Source: Gammaproteobacteria bacterium (GTDB taxonomy: Bacteria > Pseudomonadota > Gammaproteobacteria > Eutrophobiales > Eutrophobiaceae). Taken from it: a stretch of DNA of 64,000 bases. The position numbers and the translations under genes were made by a program. The stretch covers positions 44,687 to 108,686 of the forward strand of contig JAJFKL010000048.1 of NCBI GenBank assembly GCA_021773235.1, in the 5' to 3' direction. Of this stretch, positions 26,567 to 36,756 are shown piece by piece. The notes below the pieces were generated by a model. It did not search any database. It saw only the letters and a program-made list of their open reading frames with translations, and was not told the DNA's origin. Each line of letters begins with the position of its first letter. The stretch's first letter is position 1.

Positions 26567-28729
26567 TTAAAACTTACCGTAATAACCTTCTTTCAAGGCA
26601 TCATACAGATTGGCAGCTGTATGAGTTTCTCCATCGTATTCAATTTCTTCATTCCCTTTTGTCTCAATGACATCACCATTTTCCAAAACAAATTTATAAT
26701 ATGTATTTTCCAGATCTTCTTCTTTAACCAACACACCTTGAAAAGCTTCTGGATTAAAACGAAAAGTGGTGCAACCCTTTAATCCTTGTTCATATGCATA
26801 ACGATAAATATCTTTAAAATTATCGTAATCATGTTCTGTTGACACATTGATTGTTTTAGAAATAGATGAATCAATCCATTTTTGTGCAGCCGCTTGAATA
26901 TCGACATGTTGCTTTGGTGTAATATAATCACTGGTTATAAAGTAATCGGGCAATTGCTCTTCTGTCTTTTCCGAGGTGGGTGATGCATCTCGATTTATCA
27001 ATTCACGATAAGCCAACAGCTCATAAGAAAAGACATCCACTTTCTCCTTGCTCTTTTTACCTTCGCGTATGATGTTACGTGAATAATGATGTGCGAAACT
27101 CGGTTCAATGCCATTACTCGCATTATTGGCAAGCGATAATGAGATCGTTCCCGTTGGCGCTATAGAACTATGGTGCGTATAACGCGCTCCCACTTTTTCT
27201 AATTCATCGATCAATTCAGGCTCTATCTCATTTATCTTTTGCATATAACGACTGTAACGCGTATGCAAGGTCGAACCTTTGACCTGCTGACCTAGTTGAT
27301 AACCATCGTCTTTCATCTCTGGCCTTAGGCGTAACATTTCGGCAGTGATTTCAAACATCTCATCCATAATCGGTGCTGGCCCTTTTTCTTTCGCCAATTC
27401 TAGTGCGACCTGCCAACCCGTTAGCGCCAGATTTTGACTCACGTCTTCAGTAAATTTTATTGCATCGGCATCACCGTATTTCATCTTCAACATGGTTAAT
27501 GTTGAACCAAGCCCAAGAAAGCCCATGCCGTGACGACGCTTACGTAATATTTCATTTTCTTGATCTGATAGCGGCAAGCCATTAATTTCAACAACATTGT
27601 CTAACATGCGTGAAAACACACGCACGACCTCATTAAACTTCTCCCAATCAAACTCGGCATTATCACTAAACGGTTCTGAAACAAAATTGGTTAAGTTGAT
27701 GGAACCCAGTAGACACGCACCATAAGGTGGTAATGGTTGTTCGCCACAAGGATTGGTCGCACGTACGTTTTCACAAAACCAGTTGTTGTTAAATTCATTG
27801 ACTCGGTCTATCAGGATAAATCCCGGTTCGGCATAATCATACGTGGAGGCCATGATTGCATCCCACAATCGACGTGCCGGCAGGGTCTTATGAATCCGAC
27901 ATGCCACCAGTCCTTCATCGTTAGATATATAGTTTTCTGAGACAGGCCAATCACTCCAAATAATTTTTTCTGTATCGTCAAGATCTAGGCCATACTCTTT
28001 TGTTTCTTTTTCTTGAATTGGAAATATGAGTTGCCACAAATCATCATTTTCAACCGCTTGCATGAATTTTTCTGAAATAAGTAAAGAAAGATTGAATTGT
28101 CTTAAACGACCGTCTTCACGCTTGGCGCGGATGAAATCAAGCACATCGGGATGACGTATATCAAATGTTGCCATTTGCGCACCACGCCGACCACCAGCAG
28201 AAGATATGGTAAAACACATCTTGTCATAGATATCCATGAAGGACATCGGACCTGAGGTGTAGGCCCCCGCCCCAGCCACAAAATCACCTCGTGGTCGCAG
28301 TGTCGAAAATTCATAGCCAATACCACAACCTGATTTTAAAGTAAGACCTGCCTGGTGTATTTTTTGTAGAATATCATCCATAGAATCATGAATTATCCCC
28401 GACACAGTACAGTTTATTGTCGAGGTATGTGGTTTATATTGATCTGCGCCAGCATTAGATATAATCCGTCCCGCCGGGATGGCACCATGCTGAAGTGCCC
28501 AAAGAAATTTCTCATACCAGTATTCACATTTTTCTTTATCTTGTTCGAGGTCAGAAAGCGCGCGAGCAATACGAATATAAGTATCATTTATATCCTTATC
28601 TATTGCGGTGCCATCTTTATATTTGAGACGGTATTTTTGATTCCATATATCGACTGAGGTGGATTGAAACGGGATAGTCTTTTCACCCTCGGAAAGATCC
28701 ACAATAGATTTTTCATCTTTAAGCATCAT
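26567..28729 (-). CDS. nrdJa: Class II (adenosylcobalamin-dependent) ribonucleotide reductase, large fragment (NrdJa-like)
   Basis: 720 aa. RNR catalytic block ATNPCGEQPLPPYGACLLGSINL. No class I R2 gene adjacent. Confidence 0.8.
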   Translation of the reverse strand: MMLKDEKSIVDLSEGEKTIPFQSTSVDIWNQKYRLKYKDGTAIDKDINDTYIRIARALSDLEQDKEKCEYWYEKFLWALQHGAIPAGRIISNAGADQYKPHTSTINCTVSGIIHDSMDDILQKIHQAGLTLKSGCGIGYEFSTLRPRGDFVAGAGAYTSGPMSFMDIYDKMCFTISSAGGRRGAQMATFDIRHPDVLDFIRAKREDGRLRQFNLSLLISEKFMQAVENDDLWQLIFPIQEKETKEYGLDLDDTEKIIWSDWPVSENYISNDEGLVACRIHKTLPARRLWDAIMASTYDYAEPGFILIDRVNEFNNNWFCENVRATNPCGEQPLPPYGACLLGSINLTNFVSEPFSDNAEFDWEKFNEVVRVFSRMLDNVVEINGLPLSDQENEILRKRRHGMGFLGLGSTLTMLKMKYGDADAIKFTEDVSQNLALTGWQVALELAKEKGPAPIMDEMFEITAEMLRLRPEMKDDGYQLGQQVKGSTLHTRYSRYMQKINEIEPELIDELEKVGARYTHHSSIAPTGTISLSLANNASNGIEPSFAHHYSRNIIREGKKSKEKVDVFSYELLAYRELINRDASPTSEKTEEQLPDYFITSDYITPKQHVDIQAAAQKWIDSSISKTINVSTEHDYDNFKDIYRYAYEQGLKGCTTFRFNPEAFQGVLVKEEDLENTYYKFVLENGDVIETKGNEEIEYDGETHTAANLYDALKEGYYGKF

Positions 28730-28893
28730 TAAAGTTTTATTAAAATAGATGCTGTCAAAATGAAGAGATGATTTTTTATTCTATGCATAAAATTAATCCT
28801 GATATGGTTATTGGATAATGATGTGCTCGACACATCATTTCTATACAGTAAAAGCTAAGCGACAACTCTAATTCATGAGGAGGGGTAATTAAC

Positions 28894-28907
28894 TTGATCT
28901 AAATCAA
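28894..28907. promoter_or_regulatory. Perfect FNR/ANR-type box TTGAT-CTAA-ATCAA upstream of nrdJa
   Basis: Centre about 171 nt upstream of the nrdJa start (28729, minus strand). Confidence 0.55.
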
Positions 28908-29183
28908 ATATTCAGGTTTATTAATAGCGAGTTAAAAAACTGTTAAAACAAAACCACCTGAACGTTATAAAATTTGACTCTGTCTAAACAGAAATTCTTT
29001 GAGGGTAACTTGCACCATCTATATCATGCGCGGCTACATTGTATTTTTCGAATGTTAAACTCCACATGTATCTACGCTAATCTAAACAATAAAATTCAGC
29101 CAGCGGTCAATTAGAGAAAAAAATTAAATCATTCCCGCCCGATATAGAGAGATGTGCCGAAAAGGCATATGTACTTAGAGTAT

Positions 29184-29216
29184 TAAAAAAGGGACTGATA
29201 TTACAATCAGTCCCTT
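29184..29216 (-). terminator. Rho-independent terminator of katG
   Basis: 11-bp stem AAGGGACTGAT/ATCAGTCCCTT followed by a T-run on the minus strand, about 60 nt after the katG stop. Confidence 0.8.
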
Positions 29217-29272
29217 TCTGTTTCCTAGAAAGCTACGTTTCAAAAGCTTTCAATTAACCTTCCAAATCAGAA

Positions 29273-31510
29273 TCAAAGATCAAAACGGTCAAGCTCCATT
29301 ACTTTAGTCCAAGCTTTAACAAAGTCGTTAACAAACTGCTTACTTCCATCGCTAGAAGCATAGGCTTCTGCCAATGATCGCAATTCAGAGTTTGAACCAA
29401 AGATAAGATCAACGGTTGTCGCCGTCCATTTGAGTTTTCCAGATGAACGATCAACCCCATCATAAACTCCAGAAGTTTTAGCTGACTTCTTCCACTGCGT
29501 CGACATATCGAGCAGATTTACAAAGAAATCATTGTTCAAGGTTCCTGGCTTATCGGTAAGCACACCGTGTTTACTCTGTCCGTTGTTAGCATTCAAAGTA
29601 CGCATGCCACCAACTAAAACCGTCATCTCTGGTACCGTCAATGTTAACAAGTCTGCCTTTTCGACTAACATTTCAGCAGGGTTTCCGTAAGTTCTATCAG
29701 TGTAGTAATTACGGAAAGCATCTGCAGTTGGCTCTAACCAAGCAAAAGACTTCTCATCGGTTTGCTTCTGAGAGGCGTCGGTACGACCCGCTGTAAACGG
29801 AACTTCGATACTATGCCCAGCTTTTTTAGCCGCTTCTTCAACAGCTGCATTACCAGCAATGACAATTGTATCAGCCAGAGAAACTTTCGCGCCGCCTTTA
29901 AGAGACTTGTTGAAATCCTTACGCACACCTTCAAGTTTTTTCAAGACCTTAGCAAGTTCCTTCGGACTATTTGCTGCCCAATCTTTTTGAGGAGCTAGTG
30001 CAACACGCGCACCGTTAGCACCACCGCGCATATCAGAACCACGGAAGCTAGAGGCCGATGCCCAGGCTGTTCTAACTAATTCTGGAATGCTTAACCCTGA
30101 CTTAAGGATCATGCTTTCAAGTATTTCAGCATCCGCATTACTGATTAAATTGTCACCTGCAGCAGGAACCGGGTCTTGCCAGATAAAAATTTCCTCTGGA
30201 ACGTCCGAACCAACATAGCGTGTACGAGGACCCAAGTCACGATGCGTCAATTTAAACCAAGCTTTAGCAAACGCCTGATCAAATGCTTTTGGATTTTTCA
30301 AAAAGCGTTCGGTTATTTCACGAAATCCAGTATCAGCCTTTAACGCCATGTCTGTTGTGAACATAATTGGCGCATGTCTTTTACCTGCTATGTGAGCATC
30401 AGGTACTAAACCTATCGCAGTTTCATCTGTTGGGATCCATTGAGTTGCACCAGCTGGGCTTTTCACTTTTTTCCATTCAAATCTCATCAGATTATCAAGA
30501 TAAAGTATAGACCAGGCAGTTGGTGTGGAAGACCATGCACCTTCAAGTCCACTGGTCATGGTATCTTCAGCATTACCTTTACCACACTTATTTTTCCAGC
30601 CAAAGCCTTGTTCTTCGACTGCTTCAGCAGCCGGTTCTGCACCGATACATTCACCCTTGTGAGCACCATGCGCTTTACCTAGTGTATGTCCACCAGCAAC
30701 CAATGCCACAATTTCTTCATCGTTCATTGCCATACGACCGAATGATAAACGCATACGTTCTGCCGCAAGGAGTGGATCGTGACTATGGTTTGGACCTTCC
30801 GGATTCACATAGATTAAACCCATCTGCACAGCAGCAAGTGGGTTTTCCAGTTTTCCATCTTTGCTGAAACGTTTATCAGCCTCCAACCACTTGGTTTCAG
30901 TACCCCAATAAGTGAGATCGGCTTCCCAATCATCTGCACGACCACCAGCAAAACCTAAGGTTTCAAAACCCATAGATTCCAGTGATACATTACCTGCCAA
31001 AATAATCAGATCGCCCCAAGAAACATTGCGGCCATATTTTTGCTTTATCGGCCATAATAATCGGCGTGCTTTATCAAGGTTGGCATTATCAGGCCAGCTG
31101 TTCTGTGGTTCTAAACGTGTCTGTCCTCCATCAGAACCGCCACGACCATCCATCGTACGGTAGGTACCAGAAGCATGCCATGCACCCCGAATCATTAAAC
31201 CACCATAATGACCCCAATCAGCAGGCCACCAGTCTTGAGATGTGGTCAATGTTTTCTCGATATCATCCTTTAGTGCCTTAAGGTCGACACTTTTGAATGC
31301 TTCAGCATAGTCAAAATCGCCGCCATAAGGGTTAGACGCAGGATCATGGGCTCGTAGCTGCTCAAGATTAAGCTTTTCAGGCCACCAATGTTCATTTGTC
31401 GTCCCAGTTGTTTGAGCTACCGCAAGATTTACGGAAAACGCAGTTGTTAATCCTAGCACTAACATGGCTATTCCAATCATAGTCACTAGATTTATTGTAT
31501 TTTTAAGCAT
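29273..31510 (-). CDS. katG: Catalase-peroxidase KatG with an N-terminal signal peptide
   Basis: 745 aa. [11 protein letters not shown] distal site, [16 protein letters not shown] (Met-Tyr-Trp adduct residues), duplicated peroxidase domains. N-terminus [33 protein letters not shown] looks like a Sec signal. Confidence 0.95.
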   Translation of the reverse strand: MLKNTINLVTMIGIAMLVLGLTTAFSVNLAVAQTTGTTNEHWWPEKLNLEQLRAHDPASNPYGGDFDYAEAFKSVDLKALKDDIEKTLTTSQDWWPADWGHYGGLMIRGAWHASGTYRTMDGRGGSDGGQTRLEPQNSWPDNANLDKARRLLWPIKQKYGRNVSWGDLIILAGNVSLESMGFETLGFAGGRADDWEADLTYWGTETKWLEADKRFSKDGKLENPLAAVQMGLIYVNPEGPNHSHDPLLAAERMRLSFGRMAMNDEEIVALVAGGHTLGKAHGAHKGECIGAEPAAEAVEEQGFGWKNKCGKGNAEDTMTSGLEGAWSSTPTAWSILYLDNLMRFEWKKVKSPAGATQWIPTDETAIGLVPDAHIAGKRHAPIMFTTDMALKADTGFREITERFLKNPKAFDQAFAKAWFKLTHRDLGPRTRYVGSDVPEEIFIWQDPVPAAGDNLISNADAEILESMILKSGLSIPELVRTAWASASSFRGSDMRGGANGARVALAPQKDWAANSPKELAKVLKKLEGVRKDFNKSLKGGAKVSLADTIVIAGNAAVEEAAKKAGHSIEVPFTAGRTDASQKQTDEKSFAWLEPTADAFRNYYTDRTYGNPAEMLVEKADLLTLTVPEMTVLVGGMRTLNANNGQSKHGVLTDKPGTLNNDFFVNLLDMSTQWKKSAKTSGVYDGVDRSSGKLKWTATTVDLIFGSNSELRSLAEAYASSDGSKQFVNDFVKAWTKVMELDRFDL

Positions 31511-31580
31511 ATATACCTCCTGATAATTAGTTTGTATTCGTGAGTCAGCAGAATGTATGCCAGTATTTAGAATGAGTCTA

Positions 31581-31617
31581 ATTCTTAATAACTATTACAT
31601 TAATAGCTAATACCGAT
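31581..31617. promoter_or_regulatory. Candidate OxyR-type site upstream of katG
   Basis: ATTC-N7-CTAT-N7-ATAG-N7-CGAT compared with the tetrameric ATAG-N7-CTAT-N7-ATAG-N7-CTAT. The central two elements are perfect and the outer two are partial. Lies 70-105 nt upstream of the katG ATG. Confidence 0.35.
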
Positions 31618-32039
31618 AATGAATAATTGTTTTGGAGTAAATGATTATGAATGCTTCTATTGTGACTTCATGTAGACAGATTAGGTTGGTGGTAACCATG
31701 AAAATGGTTTATATGAACCATACCGTTTAGGTTATTTGCTACCCGCATATAAATTGAATGTAGGTCGCATCTGCTTAATTCTGAAAAGGATGTCTAGAGC
31801 GTAATTAATTATTAGAAAATGCTTAACTATCACCACTAATAAATTATTTCTAATTTATCATATTGATTAAGCACAAATAATTTGACGCCAATTTATGTTA
31901 TATAGAATTAAATATGTACAGTTATAAGCTTCCAGGATAAATCTTATTTGTAACAAACGATATTGATCTGACTAACCGGTACTGTATTCTACGCACTCTT
32001 TGCTCAACGAGTTTCATTTACCTTTAAAATATACACTTT

Positions 32040-32681
32040 ATGATTTCCCCTGCTTCCGACGGCATCTCTGAACTATGCGCTGATAATCTGCATTATGAAA
32101 TCAATGACAAATTGATTTTGGAAGGCGTTAGCTTCTCTGTGAAGTCCGGCGAAATGTTATTTATTGAAGGTAGCAATGGTAGTGGCAAAACAACCTTGTT
32201 GCGTATTCTTTCTGGATTGATGCAATCTGATGAAGGCAAGGTAAACTGGAACGGTAAAGACATAGAAGATGAACGTATTGAATATAATCAACAGCTGACC
32301 TATCTCGGACATAGCACAGGCGTCAAAGCTGAATTGAGTACATTGGAGAACATAAACTTCTTTTCTGCTCTTTCCGGCTTGCCGCAAAAAGAGAATGCTC
32401 AAACGGCAATGGAATGGGTCGGTTTAAAGGGTTATGAAGATAACCCGGGCAGACATTTATCTTATGGCCAACAACGTCGTATTGCATTAACGCGATTGTT
32501 GATGGAACCATCACAAATCTGGATCCTTGATGAACCCTTCGCCGGACTGGATAAAAAAATGATTAGTGCTTTAGAAACACGATTTAAAGAACATGTACAT
32601 GATGGTGGCTTACTAGTGTTAACAAGTCACCAGCATATTGAGTTAGATCAAGTAAATACTTCGCGCCTTCAGTTAGGATAG
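32040..32681 (+). CDS. ccmA: Cytochrome c maturation (System I) heme exporter ATPase CcmA
   Basis: Walker A GSNGSGKTT, signature LSYGQQRR, Walker B WILDEPFAGLD. First gene of a ccm operon. Confidence 0.85.
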   Translation: MISPASDGISELCADNLHYEINDKLILEGVSFSVKSGEMLFIEGSNGSGKTTLLRILSGLMQSDEGKVNWNGKDIEDERIEYNQQLTYLGHSTGVKAELSTLENINFFSALSGLPQKENAQTAMEWVGLKGYEDNPGRHLSYGQQRRIALTRLLMEPSQIWILDEPFAGLDKKMISALETRFKEHVHDGGLLVLTSHQHIELDQVNTSRLQLG

Positions 32682-32688
32682 ATACTCA

Positions 32689-33369
32689 ATGAATTATAGT
32701 AATACTTTCTTAGCCATGTTGTTTCGAGATCTTCGAATTGCCTTTCGGCAACGTGCAGAGATTATGTTACCCGTCATCTTTTTTGTCGTTGTTGTTAGTT
32801 TATTTCCTCTTGCGATCAGCCCTGATCCCACTGTTTTGAAAAGTATTGGCCCTGGCGTAATCTGGATCGCGGCCTTGTTATCAATTTTATTATCATTGCA
32901 AAGTTTGTTTCGCTCTGATTTTAACGATGGATCCATGGAGCAAATTTTATTGAGTCCATTCCCCGGATCATTATTGATGTTGGCGCGAATAGTCGCACAG
33001 TGGTGCGTAACCGGTTTACCATTAATTATTATTTCGCCTTTGTTAGGACTGTTATTACACCTCGACGCTCATGTTATTTTGGTTCTCTTTATTTCATTAT
33101 TATTAGGCGTGCCCTATTTAAATATGGTTGGTGCCATTGGTGTTGCATTGACCATAGGCTTAAGACAAGCAGGCGCATTGCTGTCGTTACTGGTTTTACC
33201 TTTATATGTACCCGTATTAATCTTTGGTAGTAATGCCGTTATCTCGGCAGCTAACGACTTGCCTTATAATGGACAATTATTATGGTTGGCTGCGCTATTA
33301 GTTATTGCAACGACACTGAGTCCATTTGTGATTAGTTCAGCCCTTAGAGTATCCTGTAGCTATAGATAG
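32689..33369 (+). CDS. ccmB: Heme exporter membrane protein CcmB
   Basis: 226 aa, polytopic. Position between ccmA and ccmC. Confidence 0.85.
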   Translation: MNYSNTFLAMLFRDLRIAFRQRAEIMLPVIFFVVVVSLFPLAISPDPTVLKSIGPGVIWIAALLSILLSLQSLFRSDFNDGSMEQILLSPFPGSLLMLARIVAQWCVTGLPLIIISPLLGLLLHLDAHVILVLFISLLLGVPYLNMVGAIGVALTIGLRQAGALLSLLVLPLYVPVLIFGSNAVISAANDLPYNGQLLWLAALLVIATTLSPFVISSALRVSCSYR

Positions 33370-33415
33370 ATTGATTGATAAGTTCATTATTAAACCTCGG
33401 AGAATTAAATAGAGC

Positions 33416-34171
33416 ATGTCTGTAAAAGATAAAGTTTGGTTGTGGTTCCACCGCATGGCATCACCAGCTTATTTTTATAAACTGGCAGGACAACTCTTGC
33501 CCTGGTCTATCGTCGCCACAATAATTTTAATGTTGATTGGTTTAGTTGGTGGTCTGGTATTTGCCCCTGCAGATTATCAACAAGGCGATGGTTTCAGAAT
33601 CATCTATGTACATGTCCCTGCAGCATGGATGTCAATGTTTGTATATATGGTCATGGCAGTTAACAGTGCTATATTTTTAATCTGGCATATTAAACTCTCT
33701 GATATTGTTGCTCGTTCCAGTGCCGTGATAGGCGCCTCATTTACATTTCTGGCATTAGTTACTGGTTCTATTTGGGGCAAACCTATGTGGGGGACATGGT
33801 GGGTTTGGGATGCCCGTTTAACCTCTGAGTTATTATTATTATTTTTATATCTGGGATATATCGGTCTACGTTCAGCCATTGATGACCGCCGTGTTGCAGG
33901 AAAAGCGGCTTCTATTCTGGCATTAGTCGGCGCAATAAATATTCCTATTATTCATTATTCTGTAATTTGGTGGAACACCTTGCATCAAGCACCCAGTGTT
34001 TCCAAATTTGATAACCCTTCTATTGAAATGAATATGTTAATTCCCTTATTGTGCATGGCGATTGCTTTTAAACTATTTTACCTCTGCATACTCTTAATTA
34101 ATTCGCGTTCTGAATTACTGGAACAGGAAAAACGTAGCAACTGGGTTAAAGAACTGGTGACATCCTCATGA
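33416..34171 (+). CDS. ccmC: Heme exporter/heme-handling protein CcmC
   Basis: WWD motif WGKPMWGTWWVWDARLTS. 251 aa. Confidence 0.9.
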   Translation: MSVKDKVWLWFHRMASPAYFYKLAGQLLPWSIVATIILMLIGLVGGLVFAPADYQQGDGFRIIYVHVPAAWMSMFVYMVMAVNSAIFLIWHIKLSDIVARSSAVIGASFTFLALVTGSIWGKPMWGTWWVWDARLTSELLLLFLYLGYIGLRSAIDDRRVAGKAASILALVGAINIPIIHYSVIWWNTLHQAPSVSKFDNPSIEMNMLIPLLCMAIAFKLFYLCILLINSRSELLEQEKRSNWVKELVTSS

Positions 34172-34332
34172 TCGAATTTCTTAAAATGGGCGGTTATGCC
34201 GCTTATGTTTGGTCATCCTATGGTATTGTTGCTGTCGTTTTGCTTCTGAATGGAATTTCTTCATGGCGGCGCTATCAAAGTTTACTGCTACGTCTCAAAC
34301 GATTACATGGTGAAAACAATAATGACACCTAA
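34168..34332 (+). CDS. ccmD: CcmD (54-aa single-TM protein)
   Basis: ATG overlaps the ccmC stop (ATGA). Product: MIEFLKMGGYAAYVWSSYGIVAVVLLLNGISSWRRYQSLLLRLKRL.. Canonical position and size. Not in the ORF track (under 60 aa). Confidence 0.7.
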   Translation: MIEFLKMGGYAAYVWSSYGIVAVVLLLNGISSWRRYQSLLLRLKRLHGENNNDT

Positions 34333-34777
34333 ACAAAAACAACGTTTTATTTTAATTAGCCTGTTGGTGGTTGGCCTTGGTGCAGGCATCGGTCTGGTAC
34401 TAATGGCATTAAATGAAAACATTAATTTATTCTTCACGCCTTCACAGGTTGTTGCAGGTGAAGTACCTCCCGATCAACGATTTCGTATTGGTGGCATGGT
34501 GACAGAGGATAGTGTTGAAAAACTTGATGGCGAATTAACTGTTCTGTTTAAACTCAATGATTCAGTCAAAGAAGTACAGCTTAAGTATGCCGGAATTTTG
34601 CCTGACCTGTTTCGTGAAGGACAAGGTATCGTTGCAGAAGGGAAATTGAATCAAGAAGGTGTTTTTATCGCTGATCAAGTATTAGCTAAACATGATGAAA
34701 ACTATATGCCGCCAGAAGTTGAACATGCATTAAAAGTAAGTGGTGGTGATTACTATAATAATGAGGCAAAAGAATGA
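34322..34777 (+). CDS. ccmE: Heme chaperone CcmE
   Basis: LAKHDENYMPPEV heme-binding His motif. The start at the MTPKQKQRF Met overlaps the ccmD end. The 34250 start in the ORF track would overlap ccmD. Confidence 0.9.
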   Translation: MTPKQKQRFILISLLVVGLGAGIGLVLMALNENINLFFTPSQVVAGEVPPDQRFRIGGMVTEDSVEKLDGELTVLFKLNDSVKEVQLKYAGILPDLFREGQGIVAEGKLNQEGVFIADQVLAKHDENYMPPEVEHALKVSGGDYYNNEAKE

Positions 34778-36756
34778 TCCCTGAATTAGGTCACTTTGCA
34801 CTAATCCTGGCGCTTGCTGTCGCATTAGTACAAGCCATTATCCCGGGAATGGGATTGTTACGTCGTCGTGTAGATTGGATGGCCGTTGCGAAGCCTGCGG
34901 CTATTATACAATTTGCCTTAGTATTATTCGCCTATGGAATACTGACCTATTCCTTCATCGTGCACGACTTTTCTGTGCTCTATGCAGCGAACACATCTAA
35001 TTCTGAACTGCCTTTAATTTATCGTATATCAGGCGTTTGGGGGGCTCATGAAGGCTCATTATTATTATGGGTTTTAATACTCAGTGCCTGGACCGCAATA
35101 CTGGCAATGTACAGTAAACATTACCCCGACGACATGACCGCGGGCGTTATTTCGGTATTAGGTTTTATCAGCATTGGTTTTTTGTTATTTAGTTTATTTA
35201 CATCGAATCCTTTTATTCGTCACTTCCCTGCTCCTATAGATGGAGGCGACCTAAATCCCTTATTGCAAGATCCGGTGATGGCAATACACCCGCCTATGCT
35301 TTATATGGGCTATGTCGGTTTTGCAGTACCATTTGCCTTTGCAATTGTGGCGTTGGTTCAGGGTAGGCTCGATACGGCCTGGGCACGTTGGGTACGTCCA
35401 TGGGCGCTAACAGCATGGGTCTGTTTAACGGGTGGCATTACTTTAGGAAGCTGGTGGGCCTATTACGAATTGGGTTGGGGCGGCTGGTGGTTCTGGGATC
35501 CTGTTGAAAACGCATCATTCATGCCGTGGTTAACAGGTACCGCATTAATTCACTCACTCGCTGTAACAGAAAAACGTCATGCTTTACGCAATTGGACTAT
35601 TTTGTTAGCTATTATCTGTTTTTCTTTAAGCTTGCTAGGAACATTCCTGGTGCGTTCCGGTGTATTAACATCGGTACATGCCTTTGCATCTGATCCTACC
35701 CGAGGTGTCTTTGTATTAGGCTTTCTAGGCTTGGTTGTCGGTATCTCTTTAAGTTTATTTGCCTATCGTGCCTGGCAATTACGAACGCTTACACCCTTTA
35801 GCTTGATCTCTCGAGAGATGGCCTTACTGACTAACAGTGTGCTTTTATTAGTCACGATGTTAACGGTGTTATTAGGCACACTATACCCATTGATACTGGA
35901 AGCATTGGGTGGCGGAAAAATATCTGTTGGACCGCCCTACTTTAGTCGTGTTTTTATTCCTCTAATGATCCCAGTGGTTTTCCTGGTCGCAGTCGGCTCT
36001 TTAATACGCTGGCGTGAAGATAGCCTCTCCACTCTGATTAAACAATTACGCACACCAGCTGTTCTTGCCGTTGTTTTTGCAAGCGTGTTATCACTTCTTC
36101 TTCCTGGGAAAGCGAGCTTAACAGCCTGGTTTGCACTACTGCTTACTTTCTGGGTTATCAATAGTTGTTTTGTGCAGTTACAACAACGATTACGACATTC
36201 TCAAAGTTTGATGCAAGGTTTAAGAAGAACACCGCGAGGATGGTATGGCATGATATTGGCTCATATTGGCCTAGGCTTTACTGTTGTCGGGATAGCGCTT
36301 TCCAGTGTTTATAGTCAGGAGCAAGACGTACACATGGTAAAAGGTGACGCTAGAACACTAGGCGAGTATCGCTTTGAGTTAGTGGACGTTGAAAGAATAA
36401 CCGGACCAAACTATCAAGCTGACATGGGCACAATTCGTATTTTCAAAAATGACACAGAATTAATGACTTTGCATCCAGAAAAACGTATTTATAACGTTCG
36501 CAAAAACATCATGACAGAAGCCGCTATCCATTCTAATTTGTTAAGAGATTTATATGTTTCTCTCGGCGAACAACGAAACGCTGTAACTGGCGCATGGTCA
36601 GTTCGGCTTTATTACAAACCCTTTATCTTATGGATTTGGTTGGGTGGACTTTTCATGGTCTTGGGTGGACTGCTAGCTGTAACGGACAAACGTTATCGTC
36701 TAGAAGTTAAACAAGAAAAAATTAAACTGGATGAAAATCATGTCACAGCCAGCTGA
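34774..36756 (+). CDS. ccmF: Cytochrome c heme lyase subunit CcmF
   Basis: 660 aa. WWD motif WGGWWFWDPVENASFMPW. Confidence 0.9.
   Translation: MIPELGHFALILALAVALVQAIIPGMGLLRRRVDWMAVAKPAAIIQFALVLFAYGILTYSFIVHDFSVLYAANTSNSELPLIYRISGVWGAHEGSLLLWVLILSAWTAILAMYSKHYPDDMTAGVISVLGFISIGFLLFSLFTSNPFIRHFPAPIDGGDLNPLLQDPVMAIHPPMLYMGYVGFAVPFAFAIVALVQGRLDTAWARWVRPWALTAWVCLTGGITLGSWWAYYELGWGGWWFWDPVENASFMPWLTGTALIHSLAVTEKRHALRNWTILLAIICFSLSLLGTFLVRSGVLTSVHAFASDPTRGVFVLGFLGLVVGISLSLFAYRAWQLRTLTPFSLISREMALLTNSVLLLVTMLTVLLGTLYPLILEALGGGKISVGPPYFSRVFIPLMIPVVFLVAVGSLIRWREDSLSTLIKQLRTPAVLAVVFASVLSLLLPGKASLTAWFALLLTFWVINSCFVQLQQRLRHSQSLMQGLRRTPRGWYGMILAHIGLGFTVVGIALSSVYSQEQDVHMVKGDARTLGEYRFELVDVERITGPNYQADMGTIRIFKNDTELMTLHPEKRIYNVRKNIMTEAAIHSNLLRDLYVSLGEQRNAVTGAWSVRLYYKPFILWIWLGGLFMVLGGLLAVTDKRYRLEVKQEKIKLDENHVTAS

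Noticed and set aside
29010-29060. Possible NrdR boxes upstream of nrdJa (CACCATCTATATCATG, CTACATTGTATTTTTC)
   Set aside because: Neither is palindromic, and neither matches acaCwAtATaTwGtgt at more than a few positions. They are also far (about 300 nt) from the start codon.
31975-31985. Single cGGTACTg half-site upstream of ccmA as a third MocR target
   Set aside because: Only one half-site is present. There is no partner at the 24-nt register and the flanks do not match, so it is compatible with chance.
34250-34321. Upstream extension of ccmE (MEFLHGGAIKVYC...)
   Set aside because: It overlaps the ccmD reading frame in another phase. The canonical CcmE N-terminus (short charged segment plus TM) begins at Met 34322.
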